Shown here: positions 1-12,789 of the stretch, piece after piece
Numbering within the stretch: position 1 is the stretch's first letter
Layout of the letters: each line of letters begins with the position of its first letter
Source: Epiperipatus broadwayi
Taxonomy: Eukaryota > Animalia > Onychophora
Assembly (NCBI GenBank): GCA_028023455.1
Contig: JAQFVV010000011.1
Location: 1,116,001-1,180,000, forward strand
Direction: 5' to 3'
DNA: 64,000 nucleotides
Notes under the pieces: model-generated
Told to the model about the DNA's origin: nothing
Databases searched by the model: none
What the model saw: the letters and a program-made list of their open reading frames with translations, nothing else
Translations under genes and position numbers: made by a program

Positions 1-1230
1 GGGGATCAGGGAAGAAGATAGAGAAGAAACAGGATGTGAGATATTGTTTGAGAAAAGGGATGTTATGGTACTTGGCAGATGTAAATGAAGACAAGTGGAG
101 AATGATAGTACCCAAGGAACTATAAAAAAGATTAATTAAATATACTCATTGTGTATACAGACACTATGGGATAAACAAGGTAGAATATTTGTTAAAGACA
201 TGGTTCTCTTGAGCAGGGATGAGACCACAGATGACACAGGTAATAAAAGGGTGTGAAACCTGTAAGAAGACAAAACTGCCAAACAGATCTTATGAAGGTT
301 CATGTCAAGCTATTATTTCTCAGAGACCAAATGACCTGGTGGCAGTAGATTTTTATGGTCCATTATAGCATATAAAAGCAATTTGCCCGCCTGATAAAAT
401 AAAATGGGCCGAGCGCTTTCGAGGTTTTCCTTCATATTCATGGCCAACATAAGTAATAAATCATTATCTAAGTGCTGAAGAATGTTATAATCCTGATAAC
501 TTATGATGTACTCTCCAAATGGGTAACTGCCTACCCAATAACCCAAGCCAATGTGAAAAGTGTTGTTAGAATATTAGAAACCCAATACTCTAATAAGGTA
601 GGAAAACCTAAAGCCATATTGTCTGATCATGGTACACCCTTTGTATCTGCAGAATGGCAAGGCTGGTTGAAGAATATTGTAGTACGGCATGTTTTATCAT
701 AAACCCTCAGTCTAACCCTATGAGCAAGTTATGAGAGAATTGGAAAGGCTTTTCCGGATTTATACTCCAACAAACCATAAGGGGTGGGCAAGACAACTGC
801 CATGAATTGTAAATTATATGAACTAGATGAACAGTGAATCGACGGGTTTTTCTCCAATTCAGCTCCATTTGGTCAACTTGTGCTTGTATTATACAAGTCG
901 AGATTACCAGTTGATCCAGAGCAAATTGATCATGAGACATACCGGAAAAGAGCACAAGAATGACTGGCCCATTGTACAGAGATAAGGGCACACAGACAGG
1001 GCATAGGGAAAACTATGTTTAGAGTAGAAGATCACGAATGGGTCAGAAGTAATCCAGTCAGTCATGCAGACAGACACATTTTCAAGAAATTTCAAAATAT
1101 ATATGAAGGCCCATATCACATCGTAAAGAGAATAAGCTGAATGCTTTTACACTGGCAGATGATAAAGGAGAAAGATGCACATATAATGCAAGGGCTTTAA
1201 AACCATAAAATCTAAAACAGTGAATCAAGA
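1..1230 (+). pseudogene. Decayed Ty3/gypsy pol 3' part (integrase zinc-binding HHCC, DDE core, GPY/F)
   Basis: Frameshifted/stopped translation gives H..YRHYGINK...CETCKK...PNDLVAVDFYGP (~140-365), ORF 472-702 DVLSKWVTAYP...KPKAILSDHGTPFVSAEW, and KKFQNIYEGPYHIVK (~1085-1130). These are typical gypsy integrase motifs. Confidence 0.9.
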
Positions 1231-1234
1231 TTGT

Positions 1235-2448
1235 GGGGGAGGGGGGGAGTAATTAACAAACAAGTAGACTATGAACATTAAATAAAACAAACTAGCCGAA
1301 ACACTTAATTTATTATCATCATTATTCACAGGGGGGTATTGCAACCATGCAAAATGTTTGGCAGTTAAATTCGAAGATTTTGCTGAAATGAATATATAAA
1401 AAATAAATAAAACTAAAAGTATGTTCGATGAAAATTTCTTTTCCTTGTAGCAATACACATTGTATTATTTTTCTTTTTGTTCAATTAAAAAAGAGCAAAT
1501 TTAAATAATAAAAGTGAATACTGATTGTAAATATTGATAGAAGTTCTACAAATGGAGAGATTGGTAATTAAATATGGTCATTGGTAACTACAAAAAAAAA
1601 AAGAACTTTGGAGACAAAAATTGAAAGAAAGATCTTTCTTTCGATTTTTGTGAGTGGTATTCAATGTTCACATGCGTAATGAGTTTTTCAGAAGGATATA
1701 GAAGGAATGGACATAGATAAAGAAGTGTCTTTTGTTCTATAGATTTTTCACTAGATGTTAAACTACCCCATGATAGCTGCTGATATTCAGATGGGTGGCT
1801 AGAATGCCTGTACTTCGCTGATTATTCCATTCCCTCAAAAATAATTATAATGATTTAGAAGAGTGAAGTCACCACCTGCTATAAAATAGAAGCCTCACAT
1901 CAAAGCTGGAACCTAAAATACAGATCATGAAGAAAATCTGAGGATTATATGCATTACCAAAGAATGATTCTACTAAACAATCTTACCGGTAAGAAATTAA
2001 ATTTTTGAACTTATATGCTTATTGAAATAACTTTATAGAATACTCATGTCTCACATAAACAAGAAGAAAAGAAAATATAATTTAATGGACCATAATGAAC
2101 TATTTATATGGTTAATGAATCCAAGAAATAATTTTGCTATGATAGTACAAATTATTTTGTTGTTTTGCTTTTATTGAAAATACTCGTAAATAAAAATAAA
2201 AAAAGAGAGAATTACAATATGTTATTTGTTTAAGCCTCGTAACTTTATGCTTTCAGTGATCTTCTTTGTAAAATTCAACTGTTGATGCCAATACAACTTT
2301 GTTATATTTTTGGATTTATTATTTATGAGGTCATGATATAAATATATAATAGACTTGCATTAATTTGTATAAAGATTATAGGAATAAAGTTAATGTATGG
2401 GCGATTTGTTCATTCATGTTAAAGAGAGGATTTTGGTGTGGCATGACA
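1235..2448 (+). mobile_element. Polypurine tract and putative 3' LTR of the gypsy element
   Basis: PPT GGGGGAGGGGGGGAG at 1235-1249 directly after integrase. TATA-like tataaaa at ~1881, AATAAA signals and a possible ...GGCATGACA end at 2448. No second LTR in the window to confirm the boundary. Confidence 0.35.
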
Positions 2449-3479
2449 AAAGGGGGGGGGGAACTTACCTTCATTGTCGATTTAATAGGGATATCTAAAT
2501 AGAATCCTGGTGCCTAATAAAAAACAAATTTAAACTGTTAAAAGCAACAATATAGAGAAAGTTAGTTATAATTAGGACCGTATTATCTGGGAAATATACT
2601 ATACTTATGCTAAAACTTAAAATAGTTAACTACAATAACCTAAATTAGGTGTAGGCATGGGAGGTAATGGGTATATCTTTAACAGATATATATATATATA
2701 TATATATATAAAACCAATCTTATAGCTGTTTATGTCTAATAAATGGCATTATATATATATATATAAAATTGCACAATATATATATTTATGTAGTGTACTT
2801 TAGCATTTTTGTTGAATTTCATAATTTGCATTGGAATTTGACAAGATAATTTGAGATATTTATATATGTAAATAAATAATTTATAAATACCACAATTATG
2901 TAATAAAAAATAATCAATATTTAAAAATTCACAAAAATGTGAATACTGGAAATGATAGCCAGAGCTGCAATATATAGATCTTGAGCTCCCTGTTATTGTA
3001 CTAAATTATCAGAATAACATGTGATTAAATGAAGCTAAGATTAAATTTTCATATACCATTTAGAGAATTTTCTAAATACATTTGAATTTTAGCATACTAA
3101 TAAAAAAATTGACTAATCTTGTCATGCATTTTTCAGGTTTCATCCTCATTTATTTATATAAGTACAATATTTTTTGTAAAAAAAAAAGATTTTTATATAG
3201 CCTTGTGCATTAATATTAAGCCATTAAAAATAAAGCAGTATTAAAGTTACCAATTTGAGTGTTCAATCGTTAATAACAAACTGCTCTGTGTGATTTGGTA
3301 CAGTGATAGAATAGAAAACTCCTGGAGTTCAATGTTCATGGCACATCTCTGGCACATCCAATGTTCGAACTTGTTTGAACTCTAGAGTAATACCGCATTA
3401 TTATTATTATTATTATCATCATCATCATCATCATCAAATATAGCATGTTAATAATAATTAAACAAGAATAACGTTAATC

Positions 3480-4850
3480 TATATTGTGAAAAAAGCTATT
3501 AAGTCTCTCAAACTAGACAAATTTATAATCAGTCCCTTTGTTGATAAAAGTATACAAAAAAGTGACAAAAATAAACTTACATCAATTACGAAGCAAAGTT
3601 ATAAGCATTACTCAGAAAACATTGTAAGTATTCCACTTAATCTAAAAAAATGTAAATTAACAACCTGAAATTCGACATCTTGTCAACCTAAAGCCCATAA
3701 AGATCATTTTCATTAAGCGTATTACTTGCTCTAGAAATTCATCATGTCAAAATTTGTCAAGATTTTTTAAGTACCTTAATATTTTCTCATGTTACAAGAA
3801 TATAAAAATAGAAAGAACTGGCATTTTAGAAAGCTTTAATGTAAAAAGTTTATTCACAAATATACTCAGGATGAAGCATTGCTTATATGTAAAAAAAAAA
3901 AAAGATTAAATGATCATGCTAGATTATAAACCAGAAAAAACTATTTCCATTGATGCTATAATAAACCTCTTTAATGGAACTTTTAACAGTCTTATGTAAC
4001 AAAAATATATTTTCAACTTAATACAGATTTTTTTTTCAAAAAAGTCAAAATGTCATTCTAGATTCACCACAGTTATCCTTGATTAGCAGTATTTATAAGG
4101 AAAAGCTACAGCCATAAATAATGCTCCACACTCTTCAAAAGTCCTGTTTCATTATATCAATGATATATTCATATTATGGTTATGAGATAAATTCAAACAT
4201 TCTAGACATAAACCTAAGTTCATAATAGAATCAGAACAAAACAAAAATTTGTATTTTTTTTTATGTTCTTGTGATAAGATTACATTGTGACTGAATCAAA
4301 GTAATTTTGTACAAAATTTCATATTATTAAAAAAAATGTTAACATATACATCCATTTTATAGGAACATAAAAAATAAAATTATACTACCATTATGAAAAA
4401 TGATCAAAGAAGCTTGTTTCAGTAATTACAAAATAAATAAATCAAAAGATAACATAATGTAGACACTGTATTGAATTCATATACATTAGGAATATCAGAT
4501 GAATTTTAAAAAATCTGTAATCAATAGCCTTTCTAAAAGTTGTAGCATACTGTCAGATATCCTAATCTTTATAAAATTTAAACTGTATCTATGAAATACC
4601 ATGAGAATGTGGCAAGACATATATCAATAAATATGAAACTAGATAAGTCATCAAAAAAATAATTAAAAGAACACAAAACTGTGAGTAGAGAGAGAAAAAT
4701 ATGTTTGAAGTTACAAATGAGTGTGTGATAATAAACATATATTTGACTGGGAAATCACAATAATATTAGTTAGAGATGAAAAAATAAAAAGAAGAAACCA
4801 CATCACAATGTCAAATAACTCCATAAATCAACTTAGTGTAACACTAACCT
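3480..4850 (+). pseudogene. Decayed Penelope-like element (Penelope/Poseidon type): RT plus GIY-YIG endonuclease
   Basis: In order along the + strand: AIKSLKLDKFIISPFVDKS (cf. ..IxPADKG), PKAHK (cf. GLPKIHK), SFNVKSLFTNI (cf. SFDVxSLFTNIP), YINDIF (cf. YVDDIF), KFIIESEQNKNLYF (cf. FTxExExxxxLPFLD), IP*ECGKTYI (GIY-YIG), LKEHK and HIFDW. Many stops and frameshifts. Confidence 0.75.
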
Positions 4851-6197
4851 TGATCTTTAAAGGAAAAAAATGGAAAAATCAGAAGAGAAGTATCTAAAAT
4901 TCCTACTTATGGTTATGTTTGGCAGAATATCCTCTTGGTTCAAGCATTACCTTAAACATTCATCAACCAAAATATCACCAGTCTAATTTCTATAGTAGAT
5001 TGTTAGGCATGAACATCTGAAATAAGAAAGGAGAATAATACAAGTCCAAATGTGTTCATGCTGTACTAAGCTGTATATTAGTATTAACAATAAAATGAAG
5101 AAGTATAAATAAAAATTTGAATTTTTCTAAAATTATTTAGTAATTCCACTAATAGGTGAAAATAATACAACATATAAATACAAGTAAAACGTCTTCACCA
5201 CAGATCTTCAAACAAACATTAAATGTATATCTAGTCTTCTTTATGAGTAATGGGTATTTAGAAAATGCACGCACAGTTAGGGAAGAGGATGCATGAATTT
5301 CAATGAAGATGGATAGTTATGATATAGTAGAGTTGGAATGAAGTACTCACTGATAAAAGGTATACAATTTTGAAAATATTTCTGCAATGTAATAATTTTA
5401 TCCTTCCATAAGTTACTAGAAAACGGATAAAAACCTGTTTCCATCCTGCAAAAAAATGATGTAATGATTAACAGTGAGCTGATAAAATGGGTGTAAAAAG
5501 TCAGATATTATTTATAATCCAACTTACAGGATAGTTGAATATTATTCTTGAAAAACATAGGTAATGAAAGGGGGTGGTTTGAATTTCTGCCCTTATGCAT
5601 GATTGTGATATAATACTGAGATAAAGGAGTACTGATAAAAAAAAATTAAAAAATTGAAAATTAGAAACATGCACTGCAATTTTAACAAATTCACTTTAGA
5701 TATATATGAATGATTATTACTAATCATTTATAAGACTAAAGATTATCATACCATTTCTAGTTATTTGTTTACATCAAGTTACTGTTCCATTTGAAATTAT
5801 AAAATGATATATCCTTTTAATTTAAAACTGGTAGATATATGTTTATACTTTGTATAAACAATTAAATTTATAGACTATTACAAATTAGTACCAATTTTGT
5901 CAAAAATGATTCAAGAACAAAAAAAAAAAAAATCGACTTGTCATCTGATTTTTAAAAATGAATTTTAAAAAATTATAGATAACATTTTAATATTACAGGT
6001 TAGCTCTTAAATTTGATAGTATAATTTTTTAAATATTTGAAATTTTTATTACCTGCAAGTAGTATTTAATTTTAATTGTATTTCCTTCTGAAAATGTAGT
6101 AAATGCCTACTGCTAAATCGGCTCCATGCTGGTCTACAGTTTATTATTATTATAAAGCCATTCTTCAAGATCATCTTTTTGTAATATATATATTTAC

Positions 6198-6302
6198 TAA
6201 GGCAGTAAACCTAAAGCATGTGCGGTTGAAAATGCGAAGGTAGGGATCTCTACAGGTCTTAACCACAAGCTTATACATTGGAAGAAAAGGTTTACTGCCT
6301 TA
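6198..6302. mobile_element. ~105 bp MITE with perfect 15-bp TIR
   Basis: TAAGGCAGTAAACCT (6198-6212) and AGGTTTACTGCCTTA (6288-6302) are exact reverse complements. TA or (T)TAA target is ambiguous. Confidence 0.75.
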
Positions 6303-6653
6303 ATTAATATTACTTACGTAATCAATGTGCGTTAAATAAATTTATAATATATATATATATATTGTAAATCAGGATTGAATTCTCAAGAAAAGTGTAGAGG
6401 GAAAAGGATAATGCAGAAAAAAGACTATTCCTACCCTAATCTAAATTTTAACCATCATTGCAAACTAACTAGATATCATTTCTGCTCTTTAATTTAAACT
6501 CCACTAATTTAAAAGTGTTAATAGTTGATTTTTTTAATAGTTAATGTGTATATTCGAATGTGAAATAAAAATTTTATGGTATTCATTACTGCTATCAATT
6601 TTCCAATTTATCTCTGAATATAGAACATATCTGACATATGTATTTTGATATTA

Positions 6654-6712
6654 AAACAGGCAAAACTCTCTACATGTATTGCCATTCAACATAAGAAATG
6701 GTGATCATGTGA
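6654..6712. mobile_element. Family B minimal fold-back insertion (59 bp, no ribozyme core)
   Basis: Antisense arm aaacaggcaaaactctc... joined to the sense tail cataagaaatggtgatcatgtga. 13-bp TSD TATTTTGATATTA at 6641-6653 and 6713-6725. Confidence 0.75.
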
Positions 6713-9644
6713 TATTTTGATATTATTAAACAAATTTCAAAATTATTGCTTACACCTGGAAAATTTTTAAATATTAATACTTACTGACATAAATAGCAGC
6801 ATTAGTATTATAAGTAAAACAATAATTGAATGGTGTTTAACTGTAGCTCATATGAAGTTTGAGAACCGGAACTGATGTCTGCGATCCAAGGACCATGGGT
6901 TTTGGCATATATTATTTCACCATTGTGCTAATTGATCCATGCAGCAACTTAAATTGTTTCAATTCTAAATAAATTTAAAATGATTACTTCGATTATACCA
7001 TTAAACTTTATTTTTTTATTGTAAAATGAATGTGCTTAGTTTAAAAATACATATTTATTGAAATAGTTTAACCTTTGTATTAAGTTAAAAAAGATTATTA
7101 AATAGCTTATTAAAAATGAAAAAAAGATTAAATCCTATTAAATTAAAAAATGATAATGATCGTGACTAATAATAATATGGTCTCTTAATTAAAATAGCAA
7201 GTGGGCTCAAGCACCATAGTGATAAAATAACCACAACGATTCAAACTAAAATTTTCTTCACTTATTCAAAGTAAGATTTTCTTCACTTTCCTCAGTTGGA
7301 AATCAGTCCAGAAACTTGTAACTGTTGAATTCAAACTCTGTGCTAACTTTGTGGACAATTAAAACTAAAGGTTTAAAAACTTACACAGTGGTAGGTTACT
7401 GGACTCTAGAACTCAAGGTTTGTGGGCTTTGGTCTGGCACTTCTAGCTTCTTCTGAATTTCTGACTAATAAAAACATTTGATTATTTTACTTAATAGTTA
7501 ATTAAAATGAAATATTAGTAGCTTACCAAAACACAAAAGCTATTAATTAAAATTGGGAAGGGGGAGCGAGATGTAATAATTAACAAAAATGGTATTAAAT
7601 TGATTCCTATCATCATTACAGGCAATCAAAAGCAACTTAATAATCAACATTGAAAACAGTGATGAAAGTTTTATGTATCATAAATATAGAGACTAATTTA
7701 GAGTTGATCAAAGAAGGTATACAACCAATATAGACATTAGCCAAAAAATCAAAAAATTCATTTCAGAGAATATTAATGAGGGGGAAAACGCAATATCAGT
7801 GAAGAAATCAGACAAGAAGCTAATAAGAAAAGAAAGTAACTCCAGGAAAAAAAAGATTAATCTAGAGAATAAATGTTAATATAATAGAATAAATCATGTA
7901 GATTGAGTAAAATATTTCCAAAATTAACATAACCAATCGTTTAAAAACACATGATGTATCTTGAATAATAATTTTTTTTTATAAACAGATGTATCTTGAA
8001 TAAGGGCTTGGATTCAATGCATTATTTACACGTTTTTTTGTGATTTACACCTTAGTTGTAAAAAAATAGTCTCAAACAATATTTGTTACTATCTTATATT
8101 ACCTTGTTTTGTCATGTCTTGTCAATTGTGGTAATCAAACCTATCTTAACTTGGTTACATTCTGGGACCTAATACCATCATAAAGTTGGCATTATAACAG
8201 TAGCCAAGACCATTTTTTAATCGATTATAATCCAGTAATCAATTATTTTTCAAATAAATTATATCACGTTAAGCAAAGCCACTGCATAGTTTGGTAACTC
8301 ATATCTCTTCAAGCACGTATTAATAATAAATTAATATTAATTGATCTACAGGTGTCAACTTCTTGCATCCATATCTTTGATATCATTCAGTTTAGAAAAT
8401 ATATTCATGATTACTATAAATCATTTATTAATGTAAAGATTAAAAGATTAATATATGTTTTTTTATTAAGCATGACAACATGGTATTATTAATCCAATTT
8501 TATACTAACATCGATTAGGGCTTGTTTTCACTTAACTATATCAATCACAAGCTTCTTACAACACTTGCTATTATTTTATAATAATGAAATTAAATGTAAC
8601 ATCTTGTTATTCGCATACACAATAAAAATATCATTATTTAGATAATACTATGATTAAAGCTGTTCATACACCTGGGAATTTAGCACAAAACTATTATTGT
8701 TTAATAAAATCAGTAATTTGCATTCTTTTTTAAAAAAAAAAAGAAATATTTTTTTAAAAAAAATGTATATATCAGATACAATAATTATTGTATACAGTTT
8801 ATTGCCGTAAATATTTATTTAAAAAAAAAGTTTTCCAAAATTATATATTACAATTCTCTAATAAAATTATTTTCTTTCCCTCTCTTTATTATTATTATTT
8901 TTTACTAGTAAAAGCATCATTCTTTAATTTGAACTTTAAAATTTTAAATTATATCATGTAGAACAGTGGACAATATAATTATTATTACGGAAATGAATCC
9001 CAACTTAACAAAAAGCCAAGGAGTATAAATATGCTGGTCCAATCGCCCGAGAGTAGTAGTAAAGGAAGTTGGGTAACGCTAATAAGGAAAAACATTTTTT
9101 TAAATATATAAAAGTTGTTTATGTTTTCAATTGTAGTATTTTATTAATAAGTATAATACATAAAGAAATAGGAAGTATGTGGTGCATTTTGATCTCGCGA
9201 TATAAATTTCTCCCAAATTGACTTTGCATGGAAAAATATATACCAGACATATATTATTATCGACAGCACCTCGTAAAAGAAAAGTTAATGGGAAAGAGAA
9301 AAATTGTTAAAAATAAGTATCTGTTGTCATTTCAGTCTTATATTATGTAAGAACTTTAGATTTTGATTTACAAGTGTCAAACTTATTCTACTCACAACTT
9401 TGTCAGGATTCACTCTAGATAAATACAATTATGATTATCAGTAATTATTTATTAAACTACAGATTAACTCTATAAACTTTAAACCTCAGTTAAAAATTAA
9501 TATATCTGATTTTTAAACTTAAACACTCACACTATGGAGTAATTCAACTTCATTTTTCTTTTCCCACATGTGATATCTTTTATAGAAGTACCGAATAATC
9601 TCCATACCACCACATATTTTTGAAAACATATGAATAAAGATAAA

Positions 9645-9700
9645 TGACCCCCAAGATGCATTTCATGCTGAACCAGTACTCATCAGTTGGCCCAAGCCAC
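9645..9700 (-). ncRNA. Type I hammerhead ribozyme (family A) within repeat ~9560-9800
   Basis: Minus strand reads GUGGCU UGG GCCAA CUGAUGA GUACUG GUU CAGCAU GAAA UGCA UC^UUGGG GGUCAU. Complete core, AUC triplet, palindromic helix III (UGCA), one A.C mismatch in helix II. Confidence 0.8.
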
Positions 9701-10211
9701 CATCTCCCATATGCATCCCTTATCAGTTATGTAATTAATTGACAACAGATGGCAGTGCAATAACATCTCCATTTAAGGAGAAGCCACAGTACATCACATC
9801 ACATCCTAAAACAATTTCTTTGTTTAATCAAATGAGGAAAAGCAGTAGTGATAAATTCACTTATCCAGTGAATTTTTTTTTCATGCTTGGAAAGCAACAA
9901 ATTCTAATTCTGAACACATGCCTATAGCATAATGCTGATAAAAAATAAGTTTAAGAGATGAATTATATTGTATTCAAAAATGAACACTCCTAACAATAAT
10001 GATATTGATTTATAATTATTAATTAATATACTGTATTTTCAAAATCAAAATTTGAAAAAAAAAAGACTTAAGATTGAATCCAGTAATAGAGTGGAATCAT
10101 CACTGACAGTAATAAGACATGTTTAGTTTCTTTTCTACATAATATTTTTGTGTTGCTTAACTTATTAAATAATAACTATTTATGTCTCCACACATACAAA
10201 CATAAATATAA

Positions 10212-10802
10212 GCTATAGTGAATATGATAAATTGGAGAATAATTTTGCATAATTACCAAACAAGCATGGTAGTTTGATAAATAATGACTATATCTGATCA
10301 ATTTATTATATCAGTAATGAAAAATCATTTCCATTTTGTTTTGGTAAATATGATAAATAATGATTATATCTGATCAATTTAGAAACAGATTTTTTTTTCT
10401 TCTAAAATTTCGTGATTTGGTTGTATATTATTACCATCTTGAATTTTGTCTTTATTTTAATATGTATTTTTTTTTTTTTAGTAATTATGTGTTTATTTCT
10501 TTTACCTATTTTACACTGTTATAAATAAAATAAAAAAAGTTCTTTCAAAAAAATTATCTAATATACACTTGAACTTATATTTTCATTTTTTTTTTAATAA
10601 TTTAAGTGTAAAAAATTTAATTTTAAATAGAAACATTATTTATCAAACTTACCAAAAAAAAAATGGAAATTATTCCAAATTACCAGTAAGTATAACAAAT
10701 TGAGCAGATATAATGATTTATCAAACTTAACATGTTTGTTAGTAAGTATGTATAATTTCCGGTAAGTATACATACTTTCCAATTTATCATATTTACAATA
10801 GC
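10212..10802. mobile_element. MITE-like element with long imperfect TIRs and internal sub-repeats
   Basis: gctatagtgaatatgataaattgg... is matched by ...ccaatttatcatatttacaatagc. The internal motif gataaataatgaYtatatctgatcaattt occurs twice direct (~10276, ~10352) and once inverted (~10700). Confidence 0.6.
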
Positions 10803-11327
10803 ATATATATATATATATATTAGAAATTTATAGCATAAAATATATATTTGGAATTTCAAACTCTTCTTATTATTATATATAAATTCATTTCTGTTTGCAT
10901 AGTACTTTAGACATTAACACTGTGCGATTTAGCATGTTTTTTGATTAAGTGATTAGAAGAGGTTATATATATATAATATTAAAAGTTTCCAGCATCAAAT
11001 ATTTATGTAATATATTCAGTGTTACAATCTTTCCTAATCACTATATATAAATTCATTTTTGTTTGATTAATGGTTTAGATGTCAATATTACAAATTTAGT
11101 ATGTTGTATTATATTATAAGGTGATTGGGAGAGATCACAGCTGTAATTATATTACAAACATATATATATAGCTTTAGAAATCATTATTACATCTACTGGA
11201 CTTCTAATACATAGTCATAGATAACAGAAAAAAATATATTAATAGCTTGTATAATGTGTTTTTACATAATCAGGTTTTTTTCAGTTGGCATAAACCACTT
11301 TTCATATTTTATTTAAATAAATTATAT

Positions 11328-11804
11328 GCGAGATTTGAACTCAGACTTTCACATGACCCACTACCCTCAGGCCATCTCATATTGCTGACCCACCTGATCA
11401 CACACATTTTGAAAAGATAAATAATCACCAATAAACGTATTTCAACCTTGGCACTAACAAGGGCTTTGAACGTTCCACCATCAGATTCTCAATGAAATGG
11501 AAGGATGAAGCATTATGAGTTGGAATAGTTTGAAGCCTGTCCATTAAAGTATGAAGATTGGCTATCTTAATATAAGGCTGAGCACTGATAATATATATGT
11601 GTGAGGATAGTAATCTAGACCAACTGATGACTGCTGGTTTAGCATGAAATACTATATTGGTGATTATTTATCTTTTCAAAATGTGTGTGATCAGGTGGGT
11701 CAGCAATATGAGATGGCACTGAGGGTAGTGGGTCATGTGAAAGTCTGAGTTCGAATCCCGCATATATTACATATATAAATGCAGGTTTAAGCCTGTACAA
11801 GATA
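11328..11804. mobile_element. Family A fold-back insertion with hammerhead in the sense arm
   Basis: 11328-11445 is the reverse complement of ~11646-11764. Hammerhead core CTGATGA 11624-11630, GAAA 11646-11649. B-box-like GTTCGAATCC 11749-11758. 15-bp TSD TTAAATAAATTATAT at 11313-11327 and 11805-11819. Confidence 0.85.
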
Positions 11805-12569
11805 TTAAATAAATTATATAAACTTAATTAACAAATGTAATTGCAATCAGCATTTAATGATAACAATTATAATTGTGTCTAAAATCTGATTAAAAGTACA
11901 GCATTTGTAAAATGTATTTATATATGTATGTATCAAACAATTCATCACGCAGAAGATCATATGATACTTGAGTACTGAAAGTGATAAAATTGAGCTTTAA
12001 TCTAGGTTTTTGAGTCTTGTCCCTCCGTCACTATACTAAACCATATAGAGCAAAAAACAAACAAACCACAAAACAGTGTGTGTGTATATATATATATAGT
12101 CACGCATGTCGAACACAATTAAAACTGTTGGCTTTCCTTAACAACAAACATTCAAATATTCCTGGAGTCAAATATCAGGCTCCAATTACTTTACAAATAT
12201 TGTGTCATGGAATATTTAAATTAAGACTGCTTAATTATGATTAAGAGTGGATAAATAATTTAAGCATTCTTATAAACATGCTTACATATGTGTGTGTGAG
12301 GAGGGTAATTACTGGATTGATAAACTTACAAGTACTAATTATATCAATGCGCACTACTCTTTCATCAGATTTGTATTTGTTTTAGGAATGTAAAATAAAT
12401 TAATTTATATTTGCTTTCCCAATTCTTATAAAGATATTCAACCAGACAAATAGCACCAGTCAATATGATTAATAATTTGACTTTACAATACAAATTAATT
12501 TCTGTATTATCAATTAAAAAACAGAGGATTGCTTCTACATAGTATATGTTAATTATTTTATATGTCATA

Positions 12570-12789
12570 TTGCTAGAAGAGATGATAATAGATGGACAAT
12601 TGAAATTTTAAACTGGATTCCAAGAGATTGTAAAAGACCCAGAAAGAGACCACATGTAAGATGGATGGATGAAATAAGAAAGGGTGCAGGGGTGATGTAG
12701 AGAAGAGAAGCTAAAGATCGGAGAAGATGGATTAAACTTGGAGAGACCTTCACCCTGCAGTGGATTGATAGTAGTTGATGATGATGATG
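12570..12789 (+). mobile_element. 5'-truncated RTE-type LINE 3' end with (GAT)n tail
   Basis: Translates as ...RWMDEIRKGAG...REAKDRRRWIKLGETFTLQWIDSS* followed by GATGATGAT. 8-bp TSD ATGTCATA at 12562-12569 and 12790-12797. Confidence 0.8.

Noticed and set aside
7255-7480. Exon-like segments with GT/AG boundaries
   Set aside because: Stops in all frames. The sequence is better explained by SINE copies.
11328-11804. Initial reading of families A and B as MITEs with long TIRs
   Set aside because: The arms are offset by a ~50-nt tail, junctions vary, TSDs are 12-16 bp and units also occur head-to-tail. This does not fit DNA-transposon TIRs.
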